The notes below the pieces were generated by a model. That model was not told the origin of the DNA. It ran no database searches and saw only the letters and a program-made list of their open reading frames with translations. A stretch of DNA of 64,000 nucleotides from Chiloscyllium plagiosum (Eukaryota): contig NC_057751.1 in NCBI RefSeq assembly GCF_004010195.1, positions 14,395,784-14,459,783 of the forward strand. The letters run 5' to 3'. Positions 37,020 to 47,939 of this stretch are shown piece by piece (the stretch's first letter is position 1; the number at the start of each line of letters is the position of its first letter). The position numbers and the translations under genes are program-made.

Positions 37020-37870
37020 CAATAGAGTTATAGACAGTCACAGAGATGGACAGCAGGGAAACAGACCCTTCAGTCTAACTTGTCCATGCCGACCAGATAT
37101 CCCAAATTAATCTGGTCTCATTTGCGAGCAGTTGGCCCATATCCCTCTCAACCATTCCTAGTCATGTCCTTATCTAGATGCCTTTTAAGTGTTGTAATTG
37201 AACCAGCCTTCACCACTTCCTCTGGCAGCTCATTCCATACAAACACCACCCTCAGTGTGAAAAAGTGGCCCCTTAGGTCCCTTTTAAATCATTCCCCTCT
37301 CACCTTAAATCTAGTTTTGGACTTGCCTACCCTGGGTAAAAAGACCTTGACCTGATCCATGTCCTTCATGATTTTATAAACCTCTATAACATCACCCCTC
37401 AGCCTCCAATGCTCTAGGGAACATAGCCCCGGCCTATTCAGCCTCTCCCTATAGCTCAAACCCTCCAACCCTGGCAACATCATTGGAAAGCATTTCTGCA
37501 CGCTTTCAAGTTTCACAACATCTTTCCAATAACAGAGAGACCAGTATTCCAAAATTGGCCTAATTAAGGTACTGTACAGCTACAAGGAGAAAGTGAGGGC
37601 TGCAGATGCTGGAGATCAGAGCTGAAAATGTGTTGCTGGAAAAGCGCAGCAGGTCAGGCAGCATCCAAGGAACAGCTCCTGTTCCTTGGATGCTGCCTGA
37701 CCTGCTGCGCTTTTCCAGCAACACATTTTCAGCACTGTACAGCTACAACATGCTACCCCAATTCCTATACTCAATTCCTATACTGAATGTACAATAAAAA
37801 CAAGCATACCAAATGCCTTCTTTACTACCCTGTCTAGCTGCGACTCCACTCTCAAGGAACTATAAACCTG
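37020..37870 (-). mobile_element. CR1-type LINE 3' fragment hosting the palindromic insertion
   Basis: LEGLSYRERLNRPGLCSLEHWRLRGDVIEVYKIM. Confidence 0.9.
37586..37733. mobile_element. 148-bp fold-back PLE-derived element: perfect 55-bp inverted repeat with 3-nt loop and a 15-bp TSD
   Basis: 37621-37675 is the exact reverse complement of 37679-37733; ACTGTACAGCTACAA at 37571-37585 and 37734-37748. Confidence 0.92.
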
Positions 37871-38244
37871 CTCTGCTCTGAGGCACAGGCTCTGTGTATT
37901 AAGTAGCGTGGACTTGGCAGAGGTTTTACAGGATGGTAACATCACCAGATATTCCTGAATAGAACAGTTTACCAGTCAAATACAGCTCCGGGGGAGGGGA
38001 GGCACAGAGGGTCAAGATTAAAGCATTGGCAAACGTCCTTTCTTGTCCTGTGTTGTCATGTATTACGGCCCACTGTTAAATGATGGATAATTGCAGGGGT
38101 CAGAGTGGAGATTTCAGAATGCAGGAGGGATCTGTGTAAGACGCTGAACAATTCAGGCCCATTTTTTAAGTCAGGGAAATGAGACCGATTAAAAATTTGT
38201 TGAACATGGTGTGTTGTGATCGAAATGTTTCTTTTCTTCCCCAG

Positions 38245-38302
38245 CTGCAGTCCGCAGACTTTGTTACACCGCAGAGACCGGAGAGAAGGAGCAATGCTGC
38301 AG
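38245..38302 (+). CDS. DMTN: Dematin coding exon 11 (LQSADFVTPQRPERRSNAA + G)
   Basis: TTTTCTTCCCCAG acceptor, CAG|GTGAGT donor; LQSADF matches human LQSTEF; 58 nt, ends in phase 1. Confidence 0.92.
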
Positions 38303-38534
38303 GTGAGTTGGGGGTCGCGACAGGATTCTCACCAGGATTTTGTCCATCCCTGTGACCACAGAGCTGTCAGAGGAGAGTTCAGCCAGAGACTCCCCGGCTG
38401 TCACAGAAGGGCCTGCAAAGGGAGGCCTGTCTTCCCTGACACACTGATTGAAGCAAATGTGTCAATAGCTCAGTATGGTAACACTGATTAGAGCAATGAC
38501 AGGCCAAGTCTGGCCTGAGCCTCAAACAGTACGG

Positions 38535-39040
38535 CACTCCCTCAGTAATGACCCTCTGACAGTGCGGCGCTCCCTCAGTACTGTCCCTCCGACAGTGCAG
38601 CACTCCCTCAGAACTGTCCCTCTGGCAGTGCAGCACTCCCTCAGTCCTGACCCTCCAACAGTGCAGCACTCCCTCAGTACTGTCCCTCCGACAGTGCGGC
38701 ACTCCCTCAGTATTGACTCTCCGACAGTGCAGCACTCCCTCAGAACTGTCCCTCTGGCAGTGCGGCACTCCCTCAGTACTGACCTTCTGGCAGTGCAGCA
38801 CTCCCTCAACACTGACTCTCCGACAGTGCGGCACTCCCTCAGTAATGACCCTCTGACAGTGCGGCGCTCCCTCAGTACTGTCCCTCCGACAGTGCAGCAC
38901 TCCCTCAGAACTGTCCCTCTGGCAGTGCGGCACTCCCTCAGTACTGACCCTCTGGCAGTGCAGCACTCCCTCAGCACTGACTCTCCAACAGTGCGGCACT
39001 CCCTCAATACTGACCATCTGACAGTGTGGCACTCCCTTAG
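38535..39040. repeat. 33-bp minisatellite, about 15 units, running into a Deu-SINE-like flank (39040-39130)
   Basis: 11-aa periodic ORFs on both strands; same unit as 1-215. Confidence 0.95.
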
Positions 39041-39489
39041 TGTGATGCTGGGAGTGTCAGAGATCTCACGTCTCTAGATTGCAGACACAAACACACCACA
39101 ATCTGACTCAGGGTCTTCTTCCACTGAGTGAAAGATTCTTAATCCGGGAATAATCTGGGACAACATTCCTCCATCCATCAACAGCTCTCTGTAATGTCCT
39201 GACACCCCTCTCATTCTGGCTAACAATAACTCCTACTGAAGCATGGCACTTTGTCAGTGAAGAGCGTTGAGGATATTGCTAAAAGATGTCATTTATCAAT
39301 GTTAAGCTTTGTTTCTAATCTCTCTGACTCATAAAGTATTCCCTGTGCAGAGAACTAGCAAACAACTCTGCTGGTGAAAATAACAGGAATTTTCCAATGG
39401 TGTTGGAAAGTTGTATACGTTTGGTGAATGCTGAGCTTTATCTCATCCTTGCTCTGGTGATAAAGCTTGCTTGTTTCATAGCATCCCTA

Positions 39490-39778
39490 CCACATGGAAG
39501 CAGGCCATTCAACCCATCAAGTCCACACTGTCCCTCTGAAGATCATCTCACCCCAATCCCTGACCCTGTATTTCCCATGACTAAACTATCTAGCCTGCAC
39601 ATCCGTGGACAAATTTAACAAGGCCAATCCACCTAACCTGCACATCCTTGGGCTGTGGGAGGAAACCAGAGCACCCAGAGGGAAACGCCACATAGACAGT
39701 CACCTGAAAGTAGAATTGAACCTGGAACTCTGGTGCTGTGAGGCAGCAGTGCTAACCACTGAGCCAATGTGCTGCCCA
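39490..39778 (-). mobile_element. Degraded HE1-type SINE
   Basis: TGTGAGGCAGCAGTGCTAACCACTGAGCCA. Confidence 0.85.
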
Positions 39779-40241
39779 GGGTGGAGTACAACAAGTGCAA
39801 AATATACCTTGTACATGTGATCGGATGCTCTTCCTCATTAAAGGAATCAATTTGACCGCTTTTGGAATATCTCAGATCTCCAGGGGTAGTGTGGAATACT
39901 GGCTGATAAAGTCCCAGAATATGTTCTGTATCGGAGGGCAAACTATCGGCCGATTAAACAGAATGCCAGTGCCTTCGAGAGTGTCAGCGTCTTCAGTTTT
40001 TCAAATGCTTTGTCCCATTGAGAAACGCAACAACTGCTCTGAGCATCACATCCTTTTACCTTTCTCAAAAGCACCTGTTCCATTCTCCATCCATGCAGAA
40101 TCGCGTGGGATGCTTGGTCATGCAGCAAAACAAAAACGATGTTTTTAAAAGATTGGAGCGTACATTCGGAACTGGGGGAGAAGGGGGTCAGAATGTTTGA
40201 ACTCTGCAGCTTTCTCATTAATTCTTCCATTGTCTCTGCAG

Positions 40242-40249
40242 ATATCCAG
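40242..40249 (+). CDS. DMTN: Dematin coding exon 12, 8-nt microexon ATATCCAG ((D)IQ)
   Basis: TTCTTCCATTGTCTCTGCAG acceptor and GTGAGT donor; converts phase 1 (exon 11) to phase 0 (exons 13/14). Confidence 0.88.
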
Positions 40250-42529
40250 GTGAGTGCTCAATATCCCTTTGGGAATGTGTGATCGACACAAGAGGTGAGA
40301 TGGCCGAATGCGAGAAACAAAGAATTTCATGCCAGTTAGAAGGGGTTCACGCTGTTGATGTTCACACTACAGGTGCTGTAGCCTATTAAACAGTCTATTT
40401 CCTGTGTCCAATGTGGGAGGGTTAAACAAGGACTGAAAACCAAACTGAAACCCAAGAGAGAAGAACACTAGGAATCGAATGCTTCCGGTTGGAAACACAT
40501 TCTCCCAGAGTTTGATCGACAGACTCTTGTTTGTTTGATTTTACCACTTAACGCACAATGTGACTCATCTCACCACACTGCATTGAGATGTCCGTTTGTT
40601 TCCCATTTAGGTGATGTGTTGGATTGCGAACTGACTGACCGTGTGTACCATTTGCAAGTGCTGCCCATACAGATAAAGTGGCAACACCTTTCAACAATTG
40701 TGCTTGTTTCAAAGTACCTAATTGGTCCGGATACTCAGTCAGTATGTGACAGAATGGGAATGTTCATCATCCTGGGCCATTTCACTCTCCACCTTGCAGC
40801 CTAACTGAAGCGCTGGTTTATTTATTCGGGTGGATCCACCTTGGCCGAGATCAGCCCCGGGTCTGATGTGGTTGAGGAAGAGAAGTTGTAAAACTTTCAC
40901 TCATCAATGGTTCCCAGCTGCAACTGAACCCTGTCCCTGAGCTTTCATCAGAAATTTCCCCAATTGGTGGAAATTGCGAGAAACAGCATTAACTTCAAGT
41001 AAGATTTGACAGAATCACCCCTGTGCACACGGATTTATACTCACTTCCAGTCAACCCTGGTTTGAAAACTCTCACTTGTTATCGAATCCCTATCCTGCCA
41101 CTTTCTCTTTCTGTAATCTCTTCCTATCCCACATCCCTTGGACATCTCTGGCCTTTTGAACATCCCCGATTTCAACTGCTCCGCCATCGGTAGCCAGGTG
41201 TTCAGGTGCCTGAGCTAGAAGCTCTGTCATTCTCTCCCTCCACCTCTCTGACTCTCCAGCTCTCGTTTCTCCCTGATGGCACAATTTAAACGTTCTTTGA
41301 CCGATCGATTGGCCCTCATGTCTCCTGATGTGGCTCAAATACTCCCGTGGAAGACCTTGGGATATTTCATTCCATTAAATAGAAAAATACAAGCTGTTGT
41401 TTGTATGACACAGTATCGGCAAGATTTTACAGCTGGGCCCAAGTAGTTGAGAGCCATTTTGTCTTCGCTGGCCAGTCATGAATTACTCCATGTGAAAATG
41501 CGTCAGTCATTGCCAGTTTCCTCCAACACCATTTGACTCCCTCAGTGGAGCTGTTATAAGACTCCAACTCCAAGCAAGGGGCGTGTTTACAGACGTGACA
41601 CAGCGAGGTGTGGTTAGAACACCAGAGCTGGAGCAGTGCTGAATGGAAGGGTGAACAAAGCAAAAACATCAAGTGGAAAGAAAACTGGGAAAGGGATGCG
41701 AGCGGCAAAAGGTGTTCACGGAAAACTGATTTCACCTGGAATCACATCCCATCCACCAGAGCAGACTGGAGAGCAAATGCCAGGTCTGAGCTTTGGTTCG
41801 GGGATGTGGCTATTCCAGTGGTGATCTCACTGAAACTCTTCAAACCTTGCTGCCATTCCAAACTCCATGATCTTCGCTTTGTCTGACTCGATATATCATC
41901 GTCTTCCAAAGCGGTGTGTCTCCTCAGCCTCTCTTTTTCTCTGCATGTGGTGTGGTCCAAACCATATTCCCCCAGGAATGATCCTCCCCGCTTAACCAGG
42001 AGGTCACTGAGACAGCCTTATCCCACACTGGCTCCTTTCAGATCTGTGGTAGACACATGAAGAACGTTAATCGGTGCAGAATGGGCTCATCACTTGCTTA
42101 AGGTTCCGCTATCCGTTCATCTTTTATTCAGACCAGTGTCCCTGAGGACACACAGCCTGAGTCCGTACCCTCTATATCTTTGGTGGAGTAACTCAGTTCT
42201 TCTGCCTTTGACGTCTTCAGACGTATTACCATAGTCTATTCCCATTGGTATCTCTGGCTTTTCTTCTCCATCTGTTCCAATGTCTTCATCATCATAAACC
42301 TATCCGCAGCTTGACAAATGTGAATTCTGCCTTCTCTCTCTCAGCTGAGCACTGGCTGCTTCACTTAGCTTTGCAATCCGGGACTAAGTGTGGTTGAGAA
42401 AAGTTGCCATGGGTACGTACTATAGAAGCAGAGGAGGACAATTATCTGATTTGGCCTCATTGACAACCTTTGAAATCCAAAGAGACAAAAATGCATGCAA
42501 AGACTTCCTCTGTTGAAGTCACTGGGCTG

Positions 42530-42850
42530 CTGAATCCCTACAGTGTAAAGCAGCTCATACCAACCCTACAAACAGCATCCCGCCCACCCCCTCCAGACTC
42601 CTCGACCCCAATCCCTGCAACCCTGCATTTCCCATGGCTAAGCCATCCAGCTTGCACATCCCTGGACACTCTGGGCAATTTAAGAAGGCCAATCCATCTA
42701 ACCTGCATATCTTTGAAGTGCGGCAGGGGTGAACTGGAGGAAACCCATGCAGACAATGGTAGAACCTGCAAACTCCCCACAGACATCTCACCCAAGGCTG
42801 GAATCACGCACGTTCCCTGGTAAGGCAGCAGTGCAAACCACTGAATCACC
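42530..42850 (-). mobile_element. Degraded HE1-type SINE
   Basis: GGCCAATCCATCTAACCTGCATATCTTTG...AGGCAGCAGTGC. Confidence 0.8.
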
Positions 42851-43250
42851 TGAAGCTCTTCTGGTTCACCATTTCCCAGTCTGGTCGCCAGAGGAGACAA
42901 CGCAAATGATGATTCTTAGCAAACTCTCTCTGCCCATTAGTCTCGCATTGATCCAGACCCCGGGAGTGGAAAACGCTCCGTGGTGCAGAGCTCTGGAACT
43001 CATTCAATTCAAGTCGCCCCCCCTAAAGACCTCACACTGACCACAGGCCATGTGTAAAATGCGCAGTGCGTCCTGATCAGCAAGCCTTCGTCTCAATAAC
43101 CCCTCAGGGTTTCCTTCCCTATAGCTGTCGCCTTCACGGTGTTGCGATTTTAATTCTTAATACGGTGAGATTTGGATGCATTGCCTCTGAGTGAAATAAT
43201 GGGATCCTAACCCACAATATGGATGCATGTGTTACCTCTACTTTTGACAG

Positions 43251-43316
43251 AATGGTGATACGCAGTCAGGGAGGATGGACAGAGGCACATCTTTGCCCAC
43301 AATGTTGGAACAAAAG
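43251..43316 (+). CDS. DMTN: Dematin coding exon 13, the 22-aa cassette (NGDTQSGRMDRGTSLPTMLEQK)
   Basis: Matches the human 52-kDa isoform insert NGEGQRGRMDRGNSLPCVLEQK; CCTAAC branch point, TTTTGACAG acceptor, AAG|GTCAGC donor; 66 nt, symmetric. Confidence 0.95.
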
Positions 43317-43484
43317 GTCAGCATCTAATTTTGGTTATTATTTACTCATGGGAAATGAGTGGCAAAGGCAAGGCGAGCATTCATTGGTCCCCCTAAGTGC
43401 CCTTGAGAGTATTTTGATACAAATGCTCATCTTGCCCAGCCATCTCAGAGGGCAGTTCAGAAACTGCAACACGGAATGTATTTG

Positions 43485-44010
43485 ATTAGAGTCAGAGACG
43501 TACAGCTTGGAAACAGATCCTTCAGTCCAACACGTCCACGCCAACCAGATATTGGAAATTAATCTAATTCCACTTGCCAGCATTTGGCCCATATCCCTCT
43601 CAACCCTTCCTATTCATATACCCATCCAGATGCCTTTTAAATTGGACCAGCCCCCACCACTTCCTCTGGCAGCTCATTCCATGCACCCTCTGTGTGAAAG
43701 GTTGCCCCTCAGGTCCCTTTTATATCTTTTCCCGCTCACATTTAAACCTATCCCCTCTAGTTTTCGAATCCCCTACCCTCGGGAAAAGACCATGCCTCTC
43801 ATGATTTTATAGATCTCTTGAAGGTCACCCCTCAGCCTCTGATGCTGCAGGGAACATAGCCCCAGCTTATTCAGCCTCTCCCTATAACTCAAACCCTCCA
43901 ATCCCAGCAGCACCCTTTTGAATCTTTTCTGAACCCTTTCAAGTTTCACGACATCTTTCCCATATAAGGATGACCAGAAATGAACGCAGTCTTCCATCGG
44001 TGGCCTAACC
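43485..44010 (-). mobile_element. CR1-type LINE 3' fragment
   Basis: DVVKLERVQKRFKRVLLGLEGLSYRERL. Confidence 0.9.
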
Positions 44011-44319
44011 AGTGAACCACAGAGGGTAAAGTCTCCAGCTATAATGTTGGAATTTGCTGACCCAATTCACTACTCTTTTACATACATTGTTTTGACACCA
44101 CCAGGGATGTTCTCATCCCTGGATTCCAGGACTTCAGCCGATCCCTGCTTTCTCATCCGTTCAGTGCCAAACCTTGGGCAGGGGAAGGCGAAGTCCCCAT
44201 TTCTGACCACCGGGCAGGATCCTTGCTGGAGGTGTGCAGCCAACAAGGGAGAAGAAACTCTGGGACACAACGCAACGGATAATTTTGTTCTGACGTATAT
44301 CTCTCTCTCTCACACACAG

Positions 44320-44394
44320 GTTTACCCGTATGAAATGCTGAAAGGAAGCAGGAGTATGAATCTGCCCCCGGGAGTGGACAGGCCCCGGCTGGAG
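44320..44394 (+). CDS. DMTN: Dematin coding exon 14 (VYPYEMLKGSRSMNLPPGVDRPRLE), headpiece N-subdomain
   Basis: Matches human IYPYEML...KLPPGVDRMRLE; CACAG acceptor, GAG|GTAAGC donor. Confidence 0.96.
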
Positions 44395-44574
44395 GTAAGC
44401 ATGGCAAGAACCTGCCTCTTGGAAACAAGAGGAAGTGCACAAAGACCGTGAAAGCCCATTGGATCAAAGAGACAGGAAGTAGCAGCCAGCAGTTGTTGTC
44501 AGTAGAAGGAACGTGTACAAGGAGGGTTCTTGTGGGAGTTCCCCGACTTGTGAAGCGTGAGGCCTGAGTTCAAG

Positions 44575-45410
44575 TCCAGGATGATCAGCTGAGGATCCTG
44601 GGACTGTATTCATTCGAGTTTCAAAGGTTGAGGGGAGATCTAATAGAAACTTACAAGATGGTGCATGGCTTTGAAAGGGTGGATGCTGGGAATTTGTTTC
44701 CATTAGGTGGGGAGACTAGGACCCATGGGCACAGCCTTAAAAATTAAAGGGGCTCAATTTAGAACGGAAATGAGAAGACATTTCTTCAGCCAGAGAGTGG
44801 TGGGCCTGTGGAATTCATTGCTACGGAGCACAGTGGAGACCGAGATGATGGGTGTCTTCAAGGCAGAGGATGATAAATTCATAATCTTGCAAGGAATTAA
44901 GGGTGACGGGGAGAGTGCGGGTAAGTGGAATTGGAACGGTCATCGGCCATGATTAAATGGCAGAGTGGGCTCAATGGGCCGAATGGCCTGGCTTCCACTC
45001 CTACATCTTATGGTCTTAGGTTCATAAGTCTGAACTGCTCCAGAGATGCATCATAATATGGCATAGGAGTTGAGACGTCGTGTTGAGGTTGTACAGGATG
45101 TTGGTGAGGCTTTGTCTGGAATACTTTGTCCAGTTCCAGGCAGCTTGTCATAGGAAGGGTGTTATTAAGCTCGAGAGGGCTCAGAAGAAATTTGCCGGGA
45201 TGTCGATGGGAATGGAAGGTTTAAGTTCTGTAGAAAGACTGGGACTTTTCTCGCAGGAGCGTAGGAGGTTGACAGATGACCTGAGAGAGGTTTACTAAAT
45301 CATAAGGGAGGGTTAATGACAGGTGTCCTTTCCTGAGGAGAGGGGCTTTCAAGACAATATTTTTAAATTGAGAGGAGAGGGTCTGTTTCCATGTTGTATG
45401 ACTCTACAGA
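44575..45410 (+). mobile_element. Two CR1-type LINE 3' fragments (about 44575-45020 and 45060-45410)
   Basis: FRTEMRRHFFSQRVVGLWNSL; LRLYRMLVRLCLEY. Confidence 0.82.
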
Positions 45411-46414
45411 TTGATTCAATATGTCTGCATGGGTCAGTATAAGAACAGCTTCTCTTGATTTGTACTGGTTAGCTGGACTTTGAGCGAGAAGGCAGACATC
45501 ATGTAGCTGAGCAAAGTACTGAACAGTAAGGATAATAATAACAGACTTCAGATGGTGGGGACATTTAATATAGAGCAGTGTGAAATGCCAGCCATTTTGT
45601 TGGAAGGGGGAGCAGACCCAAACTTGGTCCAACTGGAAGGGGGGGTTATGGGAAGGAGAAGCCAGGAGGAGTGTCGGTGGGTGAATGGTCGCAAAACTTG
45701 AAGTCGGTGGGACAATAGGAGGAAGTGATTTTAAAAACTAACTTCAGGATCCTTGGGGTCTGATCCAGGAAGAGAGAAATTACTGGAGAAACTCAGCAAG
45801 TCTGGCAGCACAGTGGAGAGAGAAACAGGGTTAACGTTTCAAGTGCAGTGACTCTTCGAGAGCGATCAATTTGAGGTGGGACTGGTCAATTCAGTGGGGG
45901 GAAAAATGAGGGACAATTCAGGGGGAGGCCCGTTCAGAGTTTGGGGAACAATTCAGGAAGAGCGAGGGGAGTGGGATTCAAGAAAGGACTATTCACACAA
46001 GTTAGGGTGATTCAAGAAGGGGCTATTCACAGAAGAAGGGTGATTCAGGAAGGGTCTAATTACAGAGCAGGGGGTAATTTAAGGAGAGTTGACTTGTAGA
46101 GGATGCTAGGTTTGGATTGAACCACTCAGCATCTGAGGTGACCTGGTTCGTGGATCTCAACTCAGGTTGGTGGGGGATATCCATGGCACAGCCATTCATT
46201 GTGCCGTATTGGAAGCTTTTCAATAACTGAAGCCAGAACAATAGCCATCGATCATTCCTAAGAGGAGGAAAGAGACGGGGGTCGGGGGACCTTTTCCAAG
46301 GGAGGAAGCATGATGATTGAAAGTCTCTTGCAGCAAGACTGGGGGTAGACTTGATTTCTCTTGAATCTCTCACCTTCACCTGACAAATTAAAATATTTGC
46401 CTTCTCTCTGACAG

Positions 46415-46528
46415 AGACATCTGTCCCCCGAGGAGTTCCAGGAGGTTTTCGGGATGACAATTAAAGAGTTTGATAAGCTTCCCCAGTGGAAGAGGACTGA
46501 TCTGAAGAAGAAGGCTTGTCTCTTTTAA
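46415..46528 (+). CDS. DMTN: Dematin coding exon 15 ([37 protein letters not shown]), villin-type headpiece C-subdomain
   Basis: Villin headpiece motif LS.EEF..VFGM...EF.KLP.WKR..LKK...LF; TAA at 46526-46528. Confidence 0.97.
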   Translation, partial: RHLSPEEFQEVFGMTIKEFDKLPQWKRTDLKKKACLF

Positions 46529-47728
46529 TGTGCTTGAAGGGTGGGATGGAGAATCCTGACGTTGGCTGCTTTGCTAAATGGTTGTTGCTGCTCCAATATA
46601 TCACTCACACACGACTCAACTTTAAAGCGTTTTTCCTTTCCACGTGTGTTTTTTTTTTCTCTCCTCTTCTATTTTCAAATATCCTGGGTTGGAAACCCTG
46701 GTGATCTCACGATGGTATTTTGGTTTGGTTTGGATTGGCTGTGCTGCATACATCCCCCTCACCACAAGCCGAAAGTGAACTGCGACCGTGATGAGCTCCA
46801 CATGTATCCAATCAGTCCCTGATGTCTGAGTTGCAGTGCGGTTTGGCGTGTGATCAGCCCTGTCTGCAACGCATTGCGTTCCTGGTGGAACAGGCTTCCG
46901 AAGGGCTGAATGGCCAGTTCATCCGCAGCACTGACACTTCAGCGTTTGTCCTCTTCAGACATTTCGCTCAGCTCTGAGCCAGGAACAATCCAGAGTCTGC
47001 TTCCCCTCTGGACCGAATCACTCAACAACTTGAAATCGGAAGCCGAACTTCCTTCTTCAGATGTTGGGAAAACCTGGGGTCCGATGCTTTCACGTTTTGT
47101 GCACCTCGCATCTTTGACAAATCCACTCCCGCCATCGAAAGACTCACGCAAAGGATCAAAGTCGGTCCGATCCGGATATGGAAGAAGGGGGCATGAATTC
47201 ATCCAAATATCAAAACTAATCTATATTTCAAAGAAAAATCTATTTATTCTCTCTGCTGCTATTGTTCTTAGTCCTGAGGTACAGTGAACCATGGTTAGCT
47301 GTAGGTCTGTGACTGTGAGGTACATGGCACACACCTCTGCCTCTGCTGTGCTACTGCACCTCACAGGAAGGACTGGAGACTGAGCGTGTTATTCCATTTG
47401 AGTGCCTCCTGTCACCCTGACATTGACTTGCAATATTATGGTCTGGACTGTTTCTGGAGTTGACGAAGAAAGTGTAGTTTGACTTCTTGGCCAAATCAAA
47501 GGACAAGGTGGAGATAATGTCTCCCAGAACATGCTCTGGTTTCTCCACCTGATCTGAAGAACAGTGACAAGTCCTCAGGGTGTTGGTGAATGGGCTCCTG
47601 ATCTGCCATCACATAATTGGGCCCAGGTATTTATCAATGATTAGTACACCCAAAACACATAAGGCCCATCCACCCCTAAACTGCTTTGTAATCACCCCCT
47701 GAGTACCTGTTATATATCTTGTGTTTAA

Positions 47729-47734
47729 AATAAA
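47729..47734 (+). terminator. Candidate proximal poly(A) signal AATAAA of dematin
   Basis: AATAAA 1.2 kb after the stop codon, T-rich downstream sequence. Confidence 0.45.
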
Positions 47735-47939
47735 TACAATTCTGTTTTATAGCTTGATGCCTTTCCTAACTAAGATGACAGCCCTCTCCATGGATCAGGG
47801 GATTATGCAGTTGACAGTCAGACAATGTGCCTCAGAAATTGGAGGTACTGGCAAATTGGGCTGTCCTAACACTAAAGTCCCTGTTAAAGTGGGGGACAAA
47901 CTTGATATAATGGAGGATGGGATTCGTGCAGAGAATCTT

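Noticed and set aside
38245..38302. Apparent frameshift (pseudogenisation) in exon 11, whose alternative frame ends EGAMLQ like human GSPGLQ
   Set aside because: The 8-nt microexon at 40242-40249 restores the frame without needing an indel
38379..39077. Long Cys/His-periodic ORFs (zinc-finger-like) or a CRISPR-like array
   Set aside because: They are translations of a 33-bp head-to-tail minisatellite with no unique spacers, in a vertebrate context
11849..46528. ABLIM1/2/3 or villin identity
   Set aside because: No LIM or gelsolin exons; the N-terminus, IEDLIIESSKF, acidic run, 22-aa insert and 404-aa length match dematin
46514..46528. CaaX prenylation motif at the dematin C-terminus
   Set aside because: The Cys is third, not fourth, from the end (ACLF)
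46910..47287. Overlapping 125-aa (+) and 87-aa (-) ORFs after the stop codon
   Set aside because: They lie in the presumptive 3' UTR with no recognisable homology or partner exons
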